From positions 128,154,001 to 128,218,000 of the forward strand of contig OZ024742.1 in assembly GCA_964016885.1 (NCBI GenBank): a stretch of DNA of 64,000 nucleotides. Direction: 5' to 3'. Source of the stretch: Eledone cirrhosa (Eukaryota). Positions 40,501 through 54,106 of the stretch are shown here, piece by piece. Position numbers and translations under genes: made by a program. The notes under the pieces were generated by a model. That model made no database searches and was not told the DNA's origin. It worked only from the letters and a program-made list of their open reading frames with translations. Each line of letters opens with the position of its first letter. The first letter of the stretch is position 1.

Positions 40501-43223
40501 ATTAATCAATAGAGTGTGTAGCTTGGAGATCAGAGAATCACTCCAGGTAGTGCTGCTACTTCTCCGAAATGAGAGATCACAGCTCTGATATTACAGGCAA
40601 AACCAACTGGAAGGAGACTCAGGCATGATTGCTGCTTCTGGAAGGAGCGTTTGAGGACTATGCGCCCCCAGGAATAAGTGAAAGTAGTAGTAGTCCTCTG
40701 AAACATTTCTGCCCATTGCTGTCTTGGACAACATTTAGCTGTTTTAATGGCTGTTCTAGTGATAAGTTTTCTCATTTTTATATGTATAGAATTTAAGATT
40801 TTCTGGTTGTTTTTTTTTTATTGTGGCATCAGCACAGGAAATAACAAATACAGAATGAAAAATGTATTCCTTTACATACTGTGATTGCAATGACTTTGCA
40901 GTATACTCTCTCTCGAACACTAAGCATTTCAGAAGGGTCTTCAACATGTGCATTAGACATCTGGGACTTATGGACCAAACCTGCAATAATAGACATAGAA
41001 ATATATCAAAGTCTAGTAGAAAAGTTAATATACAAAAAAGTTCAAATATCTTAGTTTTTATTCAATCTACTCAATAAAATGCACCAAGTACACTATGTAA
41101 AATGGTAGTATTGGTGCTCATGATAAAATGCACTGAGTACACTATGTAAAGGGGTAATGCTGGTGCCACATTAAAAGGCACCTAGATGTCACCCATGAAA
41201 AAATGTACCTAGTACACTCTATAAAGTGGCAGCAATAGTGCCAGGAGAAAATTCATTCAATTTACTTTGTAAAGTGGTTAGTGTTAAGGATGGCATCTAA
41301 CCATAGAAACCTTGCCAAATACAGAATCTATGAGCATGATGAGGTTTCCTCGACCTGTCTAAAATTGGACTGTGACAACCCGTTTAACCCATGCCAGCAT
41401 AAAATGATGATGCAATTTCATTCCACCTGCACTATATTTGGAAAATGACAAAAAATGAAATTTAAAACTCACACCTATGAATGTTTTCTGACTTTCTACA
41501 AGGTTGCATCTCTTAAGAGGCTTCTTGGGTGTTTGTATGATAGGATCCCCAGTCTTAATATGTTGTTGTTAAAGCTCTTACCTACAGAGGTTTAGCTGGC
41601 CTCCTACAAAGATGCATCCCAAAGGATGTTTCTTGGGTGTTTCAATGATGGTCCAATAATATTATAACATTTTAGTTGATATTATCACTTTACATGAGAA
41701 TTGTTGCTTGAACCTGAACCATTGATTCTGTCAGCTAGAAGATTGCCACTACTCCACAGTGCTTGCTATCTATCTTAATGGTAGCCATTTATGACTCACA
41801 AATTGAGGCAGCTAACCACCACATATCAAGGGATATTAGACTCTTTCATTACCATTTCTAACAAAAGGCACTAGGTGTTTGGAACATAGCTTAACAAAGG
41901 ATTTCACATAAAATTATAATGGAAGGTTTTAGATAAATATAAACATTTTAAAATAAACAGGGGCAGTTTCAAGTAGTTAGGTTTTAAATGGGTTAACCAA
42001 GTTTGATCTTCAATTTCATAAAAAAAATATATTAAAAAGTAGGCAGTTGTCTTTATGAAAAGGAAAGGACTTCAAACCGAGTTTACTGTAAAACATAAAT
42101 AATCTATTTCTATAAAAGGGAGAAAAGTGTTAACCGTTTCATTAGTATATATTTCTAATGAAAGATACTGCCTAAGATTTTCAAATCATTTTGAAAATAA
42201 TTAATAATTTGGTGGGATTTAGGAAGATAGCTAACTTTCTCATTATTACGCTAGGGGTTGGAACATTAAGTTATAATGGAAGGTGTTTTAGATGAACATA
42301 ACATTTTAAAAATAAACAGTGTAATATCAGAGAACCAGGGTTAAAAAAAAAAAAATTATGAATAATAATGGCTTCTGATTTAGGCACAAAGCCAACAATT
42401 TTTGGGGAGGGGAAAGTCAATTAAATCTACCCCAGTATGTTACTGGTACTTTATGTTATCGACCTCGTAAAGATGAAAGGCAAAGCTAACCTCAGCAGGA
42501 TTTGAACTCAGAGTGTAAAGGGATGTAACTACATGCTGCAAATAATGGTTTCTGATTTAGGCACAAGGCTAATAAATTTGGGTGAAGAGCAAAGTTGATT
42601 AAATCAACTCCAGTACTTGACTGCTATTTATTTTATCGACCCAGGAAGAACGGAAGGCAAAATTGATTTGAATTGAGAATTTATAGAGCCAGAAGAAATA
42701 GTGCAACAGCATTTTACCCATACCACCTTAATTTATGAATACTAATAACAATGGTTTTTGATTTGAGGCACAAGGCCAACAATCTGGCAGGAGGTGAAAG
42801 CTGATTAAATCAACCCGTGTGTTACGGGTACTTTATTTTATCGACCCCAGAAGTATGAAAGGCAAAGTTAACCATGGCGGGATTTGAACTCAGAATGTAA
42901 AGGGCCGTAACTATATACCACAAAGTATGTTGTTCGACACTCTACCGATACTGCCAGTCACCCACCCTATGAATACTAATAATAAGAATTGAAATAGAAG
43001 ACTTCACTGTAACTTTTTTCAACTAAATAAAACAGTCTAATAATAATGGGGTGTATAAACTCCCTCAAGAGGTGTCGGTTAGACTCCCATGTGTGTTCAT
43101 ACTCATCTTTTTCCATTCAGTGGGTTTATATGCCCCAGTAAAGATTATTTTATTTAGTCAAAAAAAGTTATGGCATAGTCTTTTCAATTTTCAAACTCTA
43201 CTCACTGCTTTCTAAACATACTA

Positions 43224-43258
<35 letters not shown>

Positions 43259-46200
43259 AATAAATATATATATAGTAAAAACTGGGACGGGAACAAAAAC
43301 AGAGAGGCAGTACAAACAAAGGTTTATTAGTTTCACACTCTTGAGAGAGTGTGTGGGGGTGGGGTGTATATATATATCACACAGTCGAAGCGACCAAATT
43401 TCTACCCAGCAACTACAACACCATTGTCTGCAGCAGCATCAGAATGAAATGAACATCAAGAGGAACAACAACAACATCAACTGCCACCACCACCACCAGC
43501 GATCGGGCCTTAAGAAAACAACTATAATAATAGTGATTATTCTGTTTTTGGCACGGGGCAGCGATTGTCCCAGCGCATTGCTGGTGCCTTGTTTTGTCGG
43601 CTCCGTGGGGATAAAGGACAGGGTTGACAACGGCGGGATTTGGGTCCGGAGCGTGGAGGGCCGTAGCTCTATGCTGTAAAACAATTATTATAATTGTTTC
43701 TACTTTTGGCACAAGGCCAGCAATTACCCAGTACATTACTGGTATTTTATTTTATCGACCCCGTAAGGATGAAAGGCAAAGTTAACCGTGGCGGGATTTG
43801 AATTCAGACCATAAAGGGCCGTAACTCTTTGCTGCAAAGCATGGCGTCCGACCCTCTACCGATACTGCCAATCCACCGCCCTATTATTATAATAACAGTA
43901 ACACAGCTTCAATTATACAAACTCTTTCGAAAGTCAACAGTTGACGTGATCTTGTTCTTGTATCAGTAATGACGGTAATATATGTATATGTCTGTGTGTA
44001 AGTGAGTGGCGTGTGTGTGTGTTTGTATGCATGAGTGTTGGTGTGTGAGTGTGTGTCGTACATGTCAATAAGTGATTATTTAAATTTTTTTGCGCGGGGA
44101 CATAGAAATAATCGGGCTGGATACCCGATCGCGCAGTTAAACCACTGAGAGTGAAGGACCCCTAGCCCTTGTCACAGCATTCTTCTAGAAGGCATCTCAG
44201 GAAACTGGGTTAACTCTGACATAAAACCTGCAGCTCAGTAGTTACCTATGATGTTGATCTTTTCTTCTTTTCGGGTTATAGCTACTGTCGTTCAGAGAGT
44301 GGGATTGGCTCAGTGCACAGTCTTTCCTCACTTTAAAAATATTCTTCATGCACAGGCATTGCACGATTGCATTAATTAATAATTATTAATAGTGTTGTTA
44401 TTATTGTTATGACCATGTAAAATGGAGGGGTAGAAAGGGACCATGAGTCCAGTAAGATATCTTCTCTAGTGCTGGTGGCACGAATAAAAGCACCCAGTCC
44501 ATGTGTAAAGTGGCACTGGTGTTAGGAAAGGCATCCAACCAGTGTATTAATGCCAAAACAATTATGAGCACAGCAATAACACTAACCATGTTAGAGTTGC
44601 ACATGGTAGTGGGGTGGCTGGTGAGGCCATGTGCGAGAACCCCCCGACCGTCTTCAAGCAATCGCACTACAGGAAAAGGAACAAAAATATGAAGACGTCG
44701 CATCTCAGAGTTGCAACACTTAATATTGGCACTCTCACAGGTAGATCTGGTGAAATAGCAGAGATGCTGGAGAGAAGGCATGTGGATGTGTGCTGCATGC
44801 ATCTTAGTTATAAGCTTTTCTGGGTAGGTAAGGAGGATGGGTTAGGGGGAGTAGGCATTTTCCTGGCTGAGAGATGGATCGATAAGACAATAGAGATAGT
44901 TTGAGTTAATAATAGAATAATTAAGCTTAGATTAGTTGTAGGCAGGAGACTACTGACAATCATCTCTGCCTATGCTTCCCAAGCAGGCCTAGGTAAAGAA
45001 GAGAAAGACTGCTTTTACGAGCAACTTTTACAAACAGCCACAATGACAGAGGACGGAGACATCATTATGCTAGCAGGGGACTTCAATGATCATGTTGGAC
45101 AGCTCCAGGATGGTTAGTGGGGTACATGGTGGGCACGGTTACGGCTCAAGAAATGAAGAAGGAGTGACGCTTCTTGAATTTTGAGATGCAAGTACACTAA
45201 CCATTTGTAACACTAACTTCCAGACACCTGCCAACCATCTAATAACCTACAAATCAGGCGAATATATAAGCCAGATTGACTTTTTATTAATCAGGCAGTG
45301 AGACAGGCAGATGGTGTCAAATACCAAGGCATACCCTGGGGAATAATGTACCCCACAGCATAGGTTAGTCGTTAGTGATATCTCAGTAAGCAAGAGACGG
45401 AATGAGACATACAGGAAGGTGTGGAGAAGAAAGGTCTGGAAGCTAAAAGACCTTTCACTAAAATACAAATTAGAGTCGTATGACATAGATGATAACTGGA
45501 ATTTCTTATGTGACAATTTACTGCAGGCTACTGATGAAACTTGTGGCTGGAGCAGAGCTCCAACCAGACAGAGTGACCTGGTGGTGGAACAGCACGGTAG
45601 ATAAGGCCATTAGAGACAAAAGACTAGCATGGAAAGCTTGGAAAAAGGGTGGGAGTAGGGAGGGATATACAGCCGCTAAGAGAGAAGCTAGGCGTCAGGT
45701 GTATTTAGCACACAGGGAGGCTGAGAGTAGGAGGTTTGCCAATGTTCTGCAACGGGAAGATCAGAGACATGCGGTGTTCCACATTGCAGTGTGTCAATGC
45801 ATATCAGGATGTTGTTGGAGATGTGTCCGGAATGATGCCGGTGTACTTAGTGTCACGAATGATCAGAAAAAGGAGACCTGGAAATGTCATTATAAGAGAC
45901 TGATGAATGTGGAGAACGAATGGGAGAGAGAGAAATTACCCTTGGTAGATCCGACAGAGGGACCAGCTATTGAGATTGAAGAATATAGGGTCCAAGAGGC
46001 GATTAAGGAAATTAAAAATGGTAAGGCCGCTGGACCGTCGGGGATAGTTGCTGAGATGCTGAAGGCATCAGGGGACGGAGGCACTAAACAGGTTGCACGC
46101 ATCATCAATCAGGCTATATATGGCGGTGTCATACTCAAAGACTGGTGCAGCAGTATTCTCATAAATTGCTACAAAGGTAAAGGGGATGCTCTGGATAGGA

Positions 46201-49071
46201 GCATAAAACTGATGGATCAGGTCATGAAAGTGGCAGAAAGGATATTAGCACAACTAATTAGAGAAAGGGTCAAACTAGATGAGATGCAGTTTGGTTTTGT
46301 GCCTGGGAAGAGTACAACAGTTGCCCTCTTCTTGGTGAGACAATTGCAAGAGAGGTTCTTAGAGAAAAATAAGCCACTATACTTAGCCTTTGTTGACCTA
46401 GAGAAGGCCTTTGATAGGGTACCCCGATCTGTCATCTGGTGGTCCCTAAGGAAGCTAGGTGTAGAGGAATGGCTTGTGAGGACAGTGCAAACTTTGTACA
46501 GAGGTGCTGTCAGTAAAGTGAGGGTAGGAATGGAGTTTAGTGAGGAATTCCAGATACAAGTAGGAGTACATTAGGGTTCGGTCCTCGGCCCGCTCTTGTT
46601 CATTATAGTCCTCAAAGCCATAACAGAGGAGTTTAAGACTGGCTGTCCATGGGAACTTCTCTATGCTGACGATCTGGTTCTTATAGCAGAATCAGTAGAG
46701 GAGCTAGAGAATAAATTCTCGCTATGGAAACAGCAGTTGGAAGCAAGAGGACTGAGAGTGAACCTAGCTAAGATAAAAGTGTTGATGAGTAGAAAAGAGG
46801 ACAAAACTCTGATTTTGTCAGGAAAATGGCCATGTTCGATATGCAGAAAAGGAACTGGCATAAATTCTATAAAATGTACACATTGCAGATCTTGGGTACA
46901 CAAGAGATGTAGTGGGATAGCAGGCAAACTAACAGGTAGGGAGAAATACGTATGCAGTAGATGTACAGGGAAATTAGACAGTAGAAGTCGCATTGATAGA
47001 CACATGTTTCAAATGCAGGTGGGTGCTATAGAAGTGATTGATAGCTTCCGGTACCTAGGAGATCAGGTTAGCATGAGAAGGGTGTTCCGAGGGCATAGTA
47101 TCTAGAATAAGGACGGGTTGGAAGAAGTTTAGGGAGCTGCTTCCTCTGCTGACGAAGAAGGGTTTCTCCCTGCGTACGAAAGGCTGGTTATATGATGCCT
47201 GTGTGAGGAGTGCGATGCTGCATGGTAGTGAGACATGGGCAGCAACTGCAGAGGATATGCGACGGCTGGAGAGAAATGAGGCAAGCATGCTCCATTGGAT
47301 GTGCAATGTCAATGTGCGTGAACGATCGAGCATGGATGTGTTGAGAGAGAAACTGTATCTGAGAGGGGTAGATTGCAGTGTGCGAGAGAGGAAACTGCGA
47401 TGGTATGGACATGTGATGCGCATGGAGGATGACTGATGGGTGAAGAAGTGTCAGGAAATGCCAATTGAAGGAAGACGTGGTAGAGGTAGACCACAAAAAA
47501 CATGGGCGGAGGTGGTAAGAGCAGACCCCAGATTGCTGAAGCTCAGAGTGGAGATGACGCAGGACCGTGACAAGTGGAGAGATACTGTGCTGAATAGGAC
47601 CCGTCCCACCCTTGCAAGCAGGGAAAAGCGGACGTAAAATGATGATGATGATGATGAGTTTATGTTTTAAAAACATTCTTTTACCTTGCTTTCTGTATCC
47701 AGGTAATTGGATGAATACTCCATAGTTTGTAACACTAGCAACCTGGAAATTCAGAATTCATAAACATTTGTTAAATAGACAAAGATAATGACAAAGGTGG
47801 TGTCTTTCATTAAAAATATGGCAACAAACAGGGCAAGAAGCTATTGTAGTGTTCTGGTGAGTTATATATTTTCTAGCATAGTAACTGGGGGATAAAATAT
47901 TTATTGAGGAGGCATGTGGCCTAGTGGTAAGGGTGTTGGACTTAAGATCATAAGTCATGGGTTCAATTCCTGGACTGGGTTGTGTGTTGTGTTCTTGAAC
48001 AAAACACTTCATTTTGTGATGCTCCAATATACTCAGCTGAAAATGAGTACCAGTAACAGCTGAGGGTTTAATACTGCGATGGACTGGCAATCACTTAGCA
48101 TCATGGAAACCGGAATAAGCACTGGCCTGATGAGCCTCCAGACACAAGATAGACTTTCAACTTTTCTTTAGGATATATTTACTAGCAGAGTAACTGAGAA
48201 GTAATATATTTACTAGTATAGTAACTGTCAGCTGTAATATATACACTAGTATAGTAACTGTCAACTGTAATATATACACTAGTATAGTAACTGAGAAGTA
48301 ATATATACACTAGTATAGTAACTGAGAAGTAATATATTTACTAGTAGAGTAACTGTCAACTGTAATATATACACTAGTATAGTAACTGAGAAGTAATATA
48401 TTTACTAGTAGAGTAACTGTCAACTGTAATATATACACTAGTATAGTAACTGAGAAGTAATATATACACTAGTATAGTAACTGAGAAGTAATATATTTAC
48501 TAGTAGAGTAACTGTCAACTGTAATATATACACCAGTATAGTAACTGAGAAGTAATATATTTACTAGTAGAGTAACTGTCAACTGTAATATATACACTAG
48601 TATAGTAACTGTCAACTGTAACATATATATATACTAGTATAATAATTGAGAAGTAATATATTTACTAGTAGAGTAATTGAGAATATATTTACTAGTATAG
48701 TAACTGCCAACTGTAATATATATACTAGTATAGTAACTGTCAACTGTAATATATATATACTAGTATAGTAACTGTCAACTGAAAAATTTACTTGTATAGT
48801 AATTTGGGATATATATTTACTAGTATAGTAACTATCATCTGTTATATATATAATAGTATAATAACTGCCAACTGATATATATATATAAACAACCATCTGG
48901 TTGTGGAACCAACCAACCAACCGGAAATTTATAAATTTACTATAATAAATTGAAGTGAAAGCAACTGGTGCGTGTGTTTCTTATTGGCAACATGACCCTC
49001 CCAAAGTATAACAATATCGGTTTCAACACACGTTTTCAGATAAAGAATCTTGCTAAACAAATTCAGAAACG

Positions 49072-49107
<36 letters not shown>

Positions 49108-52100
49108 TAGTATAGTAACTGTCAACTGCAATATATATACTAGTATAGTAATTGGGGAGTAACATATTTACTAGTGTAGTCACTGGGAATTAATATATTT
49201 ACTAATATAGTAACGGGGAAGTTATATAATTACTAATGTAGAGCATTGCCGCAAGCTTGTAAAGGTGAAGAGTTGACAGAAGGGACTTTGCTGCAGACTG
49301 ATTATTGAACTGGTCACCAGTGAAGGAACTTTCAGTTAAGTGGCTAATGAGACTTGGACTTTTGGGACAGATCGTTCCTTCATACACTTTGTAAATGTTT
49401 GTCATACAGTTCAACAAAACACCATTTGTTATTTTAAGTATAGCTCAACTAAAGCTATACTAGTATAGTAACTAGGAAGTTATATATTTACTACTAGAGT
49501 CACTCCAGGTAGAGCTGCTACTTTTCTGAATTGAGAGATCACAACTCTAATACTATGGGCATGTAGTTAGAATGTTTCAGGAAAGAATCGCTGGACAGAT
49601 TTTAAGGGCAAAACCTATGGGTAGACCCCGAGCAACATGTTTGGATAACTTCTATGAGCTTGGCTGGTCTTGCTTGGGGATCCAACTGGATCAGTTGGAG
49701 ACGGTTGCTTCTGACAGGACCCACTGGAAGGAGTGTTTGACAACTCTGCCTCCACGACCCTCGAGGAGGAGGAGAAGAAACTGGGAAGTTATATATTTAC
49801 TAGTATAGTAACTGTCAACTATTAAAAATTATGGAGTGTATAGTAACTAAATATACAACAGTTACGGCCCTTGCCATTCTGAGTTCAAATCCCACCAAGG
49901 TTAACTTTGCCTTTCATCCTTATGGGGTCGATAAAATAAAATACCAGTAATACACTGTGTAATTGCTGGCCTTGTGCCAAAAGTAGAAACAATTATATGT
50001 GAAGACAGGGCGGTGGATTGGCAGTATCGGTAGAGGGCCGGACGCCATGCTTTGAAGCAAAGAGTTACAACCCTTTATGGTCTGAATTCAAATCTCGCCT
50101 AGGTTAACTTTGCCTTTCATCCTTACGGGGTAGATAAAATAAAGTACCAGTAATACACTGAAGTAATTGCTGGCCTTGTGCCAAAAGTCGAAACAATTAT
50201 ATGTGAAGACACTTGAATCGCAAGTTTCCTTAAACTTTAATCTGTCTTTTTCTCCTTCTTAGTAACAGTTGGAAGTAGCAGTAATTGTAACAGTAGCAGT
50301 AGTAACATTAGTAGTTATAGTAGTGATGGTAGCATCAACATCAGGAGCAGCAGTGAAAGGGTCAAATTCATCATTTGTTCTACAGTAAAATTTCGTTATA
50401 ACGAAAATCACGGGGTATAAAAAAATTCGTTGTAACGAAAAATTCTTTATAACGAGATCGACCGAAACAAATCGAGCGTTTATTTGTTATTACCTTGGGG
50501 ATTGAAAAAAATTTCGCTATACTGAAAAATTCGTTATAACGGCATTTTACCTGTATTTGTAGTAATAATAGTAGCAAGAACTCATTTTTTACCTGGAAGT
50601 GAGAAAACTATGTACCTCTTCCCACACACACAAATTTACTTGAATTTTATTATATAGATATGTGTATGTGTTTGGAAGTGATGTTTTATGTATGGAATGC
50701 GAGGCGGATTTCATTTTTAGCATTTTTGTGTCAGGTGATCTATGGGTGTGGACAGGGTCAGGTTTCCTTCAATATTCACCTTACTGTCATTAAAATGTCT
50801 GAATATATAAAGTAATTGTTGAATATAATATATCAGAAGAGGTCATGGCTGAAATGATAACAATGATAATTCGACATACAGCAACAATCAAATAAATACT
50901 AGGTATTTAAGTTCCAAGTCAACCCTAACTGAACACACCCATGGTTAAAGTTATTCTAGCAGTGGGTCTCCCAGCCTTTCCTATGGTTTAGGTTACTGAA
51001 GTTCACATTGTCTAATGCAGTGGTTCCCAACCTTTTGTGCACCATGCCCTATCTCAACATCTCAATAATTGTTATGATCCTTTTGATATAAAAACAGCGA
51101 TGATCAACTACAAAGTGTAAACAAATTGGCCTTAAGGTGATGCCAGATGCACAATAACATGTGTGGAGGAGGTGAGACAGGAGTTTCCGACAGTAATCAG
51201 TAACAAAGTTGCTTTTGTGTAAAAGTAATAAGGTAAAACCTGAAGTTTGTTCTCATTAACATCATTTTCAAATTGCCCCCCATCCCACCCCACTGTGGGG
51301 TATGTACCCCATGTTGGGAATCACTGATCTAACGTGTACTTTATTTAAATATGGTGGGGTGTTATTTAAGGAAGATTTGGCTGCTATTTCTAACACTTCA
51401 AATTTAGCAACTAAACAGAGGGTTCCAAATAAGCACTAAACATGAGTTGGCTATATTTTCGAAATAAAGATTCAAGGTTCTGGATTTAAGACACTTAACG
51501 ACGATCGAAAATTAGAATAATTTAAACTTGTTATAAATGTAGAATTTTCGGAAGTGGTTGATAGAATGAAAACAACGAAATGTACATACATACATGTATG
51601 TATGTATTTATGCACGAGTGCATACATAAGAATGTATTTCGATAAAATAAAGTACCAGAAATGTACTGGGTAATTGCTGGCCTTGTGCCAAAAGTAGAAA
51701 CAACTATTTTAATAACTTCTGTCATTTTCGTTTACAATTTTATTTACATCATTCTTAAACTCCGGGGCTGGAAATCATTCGGTTATTTTAAATAGAATAT
51801 TAGTCTAACGACTCCATTTACACCATAAACTTGGTCTCGTCTTTGCATGAAATTGTTCTTCTCGATCCACATAACGACGTATTATCCTCGCTTTTATTCC
51901 GTTCATTACCAGGGAACGTATTCACGAACCAAAATATCGTCTTCCTATTTTCCTTCGGTTGCAATGTTTCTCGAAATATTTAATTCTGCGTTTACAGATT
52001 GAATTTATTAGTTTAAGATCCCGTTAATGTTGAAAGCAGCGATTGTTTGCTTAAACTTTCTTTCTTTCTCAACCCCTCTCCCTTTTTTCTCATACCCTCT

Positions 52101-54055
52101 CTCTCTCTTCCTCTACAGAATGGAGAACAATAAAGAACACGCAGATCTCTCTCTCTCTCTGTCTCATCTTGTACCTCTCTCTGTATAACGACCTATCTCA
52201 CTCTCTCTCTCTCTGTCTCATCTTGTACCTCTCTCTGTATAACGACCTATCTCACTCTCTCTCTCTACATCTCCCTTTCTCTCTTTAGATGTATATGTAT
52301 GTGTGTGATATATATATATATAGAGTTGCAACATGTATGTAGTTTCATAGATTTTTAGGGTATAAACAGAGCATATAAATAAATTTACAGTAGAATAACA
52401 TAACAAATATATTTTAAATATATACATAAATAACATGACAAATGCCTCGGTAACACTACAAAGGATGATACAATGTAAGATATATTCCTTCAATGCTACA
52501 ATATTAAAGAAAATTCAAAGGAAGGGGTGAACAAAGGAGCCAACACCAGAGCAAAAGACAGCAACGTGCGAGTACTGGGCAACCTTTCTAATTTTGAGGC
52601 AAGCCAGCACTCGCAGCGTTGCCTCGGGTGATGGCAAGGCTGAAATATTGTTTTAAAAGACTTTTTAATGGAAATGAAGCAAAATGAAAACTTAATGTTG
52701 AAACTTCGAACTCATGAATTTTGCAGGTTAAAATTTTGCTGGCCCGAAAACTGTTCGCGTATTTTTGTACGCGTAGTTTGTTCGATAAACAAATGACTCC
52801 ATAAAAGGGAAATAACTTGTCTCTCATACATTTGAACTGAAAAATCAATACATTACAAATTCGATTTTTGCACTTGGCGTTGGTCGATTTGAAAATTTTT
52901 TTGACCGATGTCACCGCCGGACCTTCATCTATAAGTGTAGCAATTTCACTGAAATTTGAACGTACGGTTTAAGAAGAGATGTGTGCCGACCGTTTTAGTA
53001 GACAGACAGACAGACAACCTCAGTTTTATATATATAGATATGTATGTGTACATGTAAGTAGCTAGAAAGTAAAAAAAAAGATAGTGCCGATATACACACA
53101 CATATATATATATAGAGAGAGAAGGAGAGGCAATTAAGTATAGCTGCTGCAACAAACCAAAATGTTTCTAAATAACAAGCAACCAACTTGTTAGAACTGC
53201 TAGAGTAATCATCATCATACACACAAATGACTTCACCTCCACCTCTTCTACAAAATTTTTATCATTTTGTTTTCCTAGCACTGGTTCTACAATATACTAA
53301 GATGTATATTTTAAAGTGTTTATATTTATCTAAAATAAACTTCCCTTATGATATTATGTAAGGACGTTTATGTTCTAAACACCAGTTTAATAATGAGTAA
53401 GTTAGTTATATGACAAAATTCCTCTAAATTCCTTATCACCCACGGTAATGCTGTGAGCATCGTTGGCTTGTCTCAAAAAATATTCGAGAGAGGATGCGGC
53501 ACCCCTTGTGGTGTGTGACTAATTGACTCTGTTTAATAAATATTTTCCTTCGTCTTGATTCTATATTTTTATGTGAAATATTTATGTGTATATTTTAATT
53601 CTGTAAGAATTATAAATAAACTTATTATAATACATTCTTTTCAAAATGATTTAAACATCATAGACAGTGTCTTTTCATTAGAAATATGGTCACGAAAAGG
53701 TTAAAGAACACATAATTGATGCTACAGAAGTTGTCAAGATAATATGGGAGGAAAATAAAGATAATGAGCGCGACAATATATTTTTAACGGTAAGCAGGCT
53801 TTATAGTTTATAGATGACGAAATAATATTGTGTGGTATTAATGTCTTGTTTTCGAAGACACCAGCGATAACATAAATGAGGTTAAATGACAACGGGAAAT
53901 CGAAACAGAGTCGAAGTCTTGGCTGACCTAGAAATATTAAACCAACCTGTCGAATAAAAGATACTTTATATTTAGCCTTGTCTGATGATATTGAGTACAC
54001 GGGAGAAACTCCAGAGTAACAAGAATCAAACTTGGCCTTAATAAAGAGTACACAT

Positions 54056-54106
<51 letters not shown>

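Noticed and set aside
47908-47980. tRNA gene candidates at SINE heads (also 55148, 63513, 38126)
   Set aside because: A/B boxes are present, but there is no complete cloverleaf and each continues into a SINE body.
48100-48160. gaaac..ctgatgag motif resembling a hammerhead (also about 55910)
   Set aside because: The required stems cannot be formed; it is a SINE 3' tail.
48178-48880. CRISPR-like ~32-bp periodicity
   Set aside because: No unique spacers, eukaryotic context, no cas genes; it is a minisatellite.
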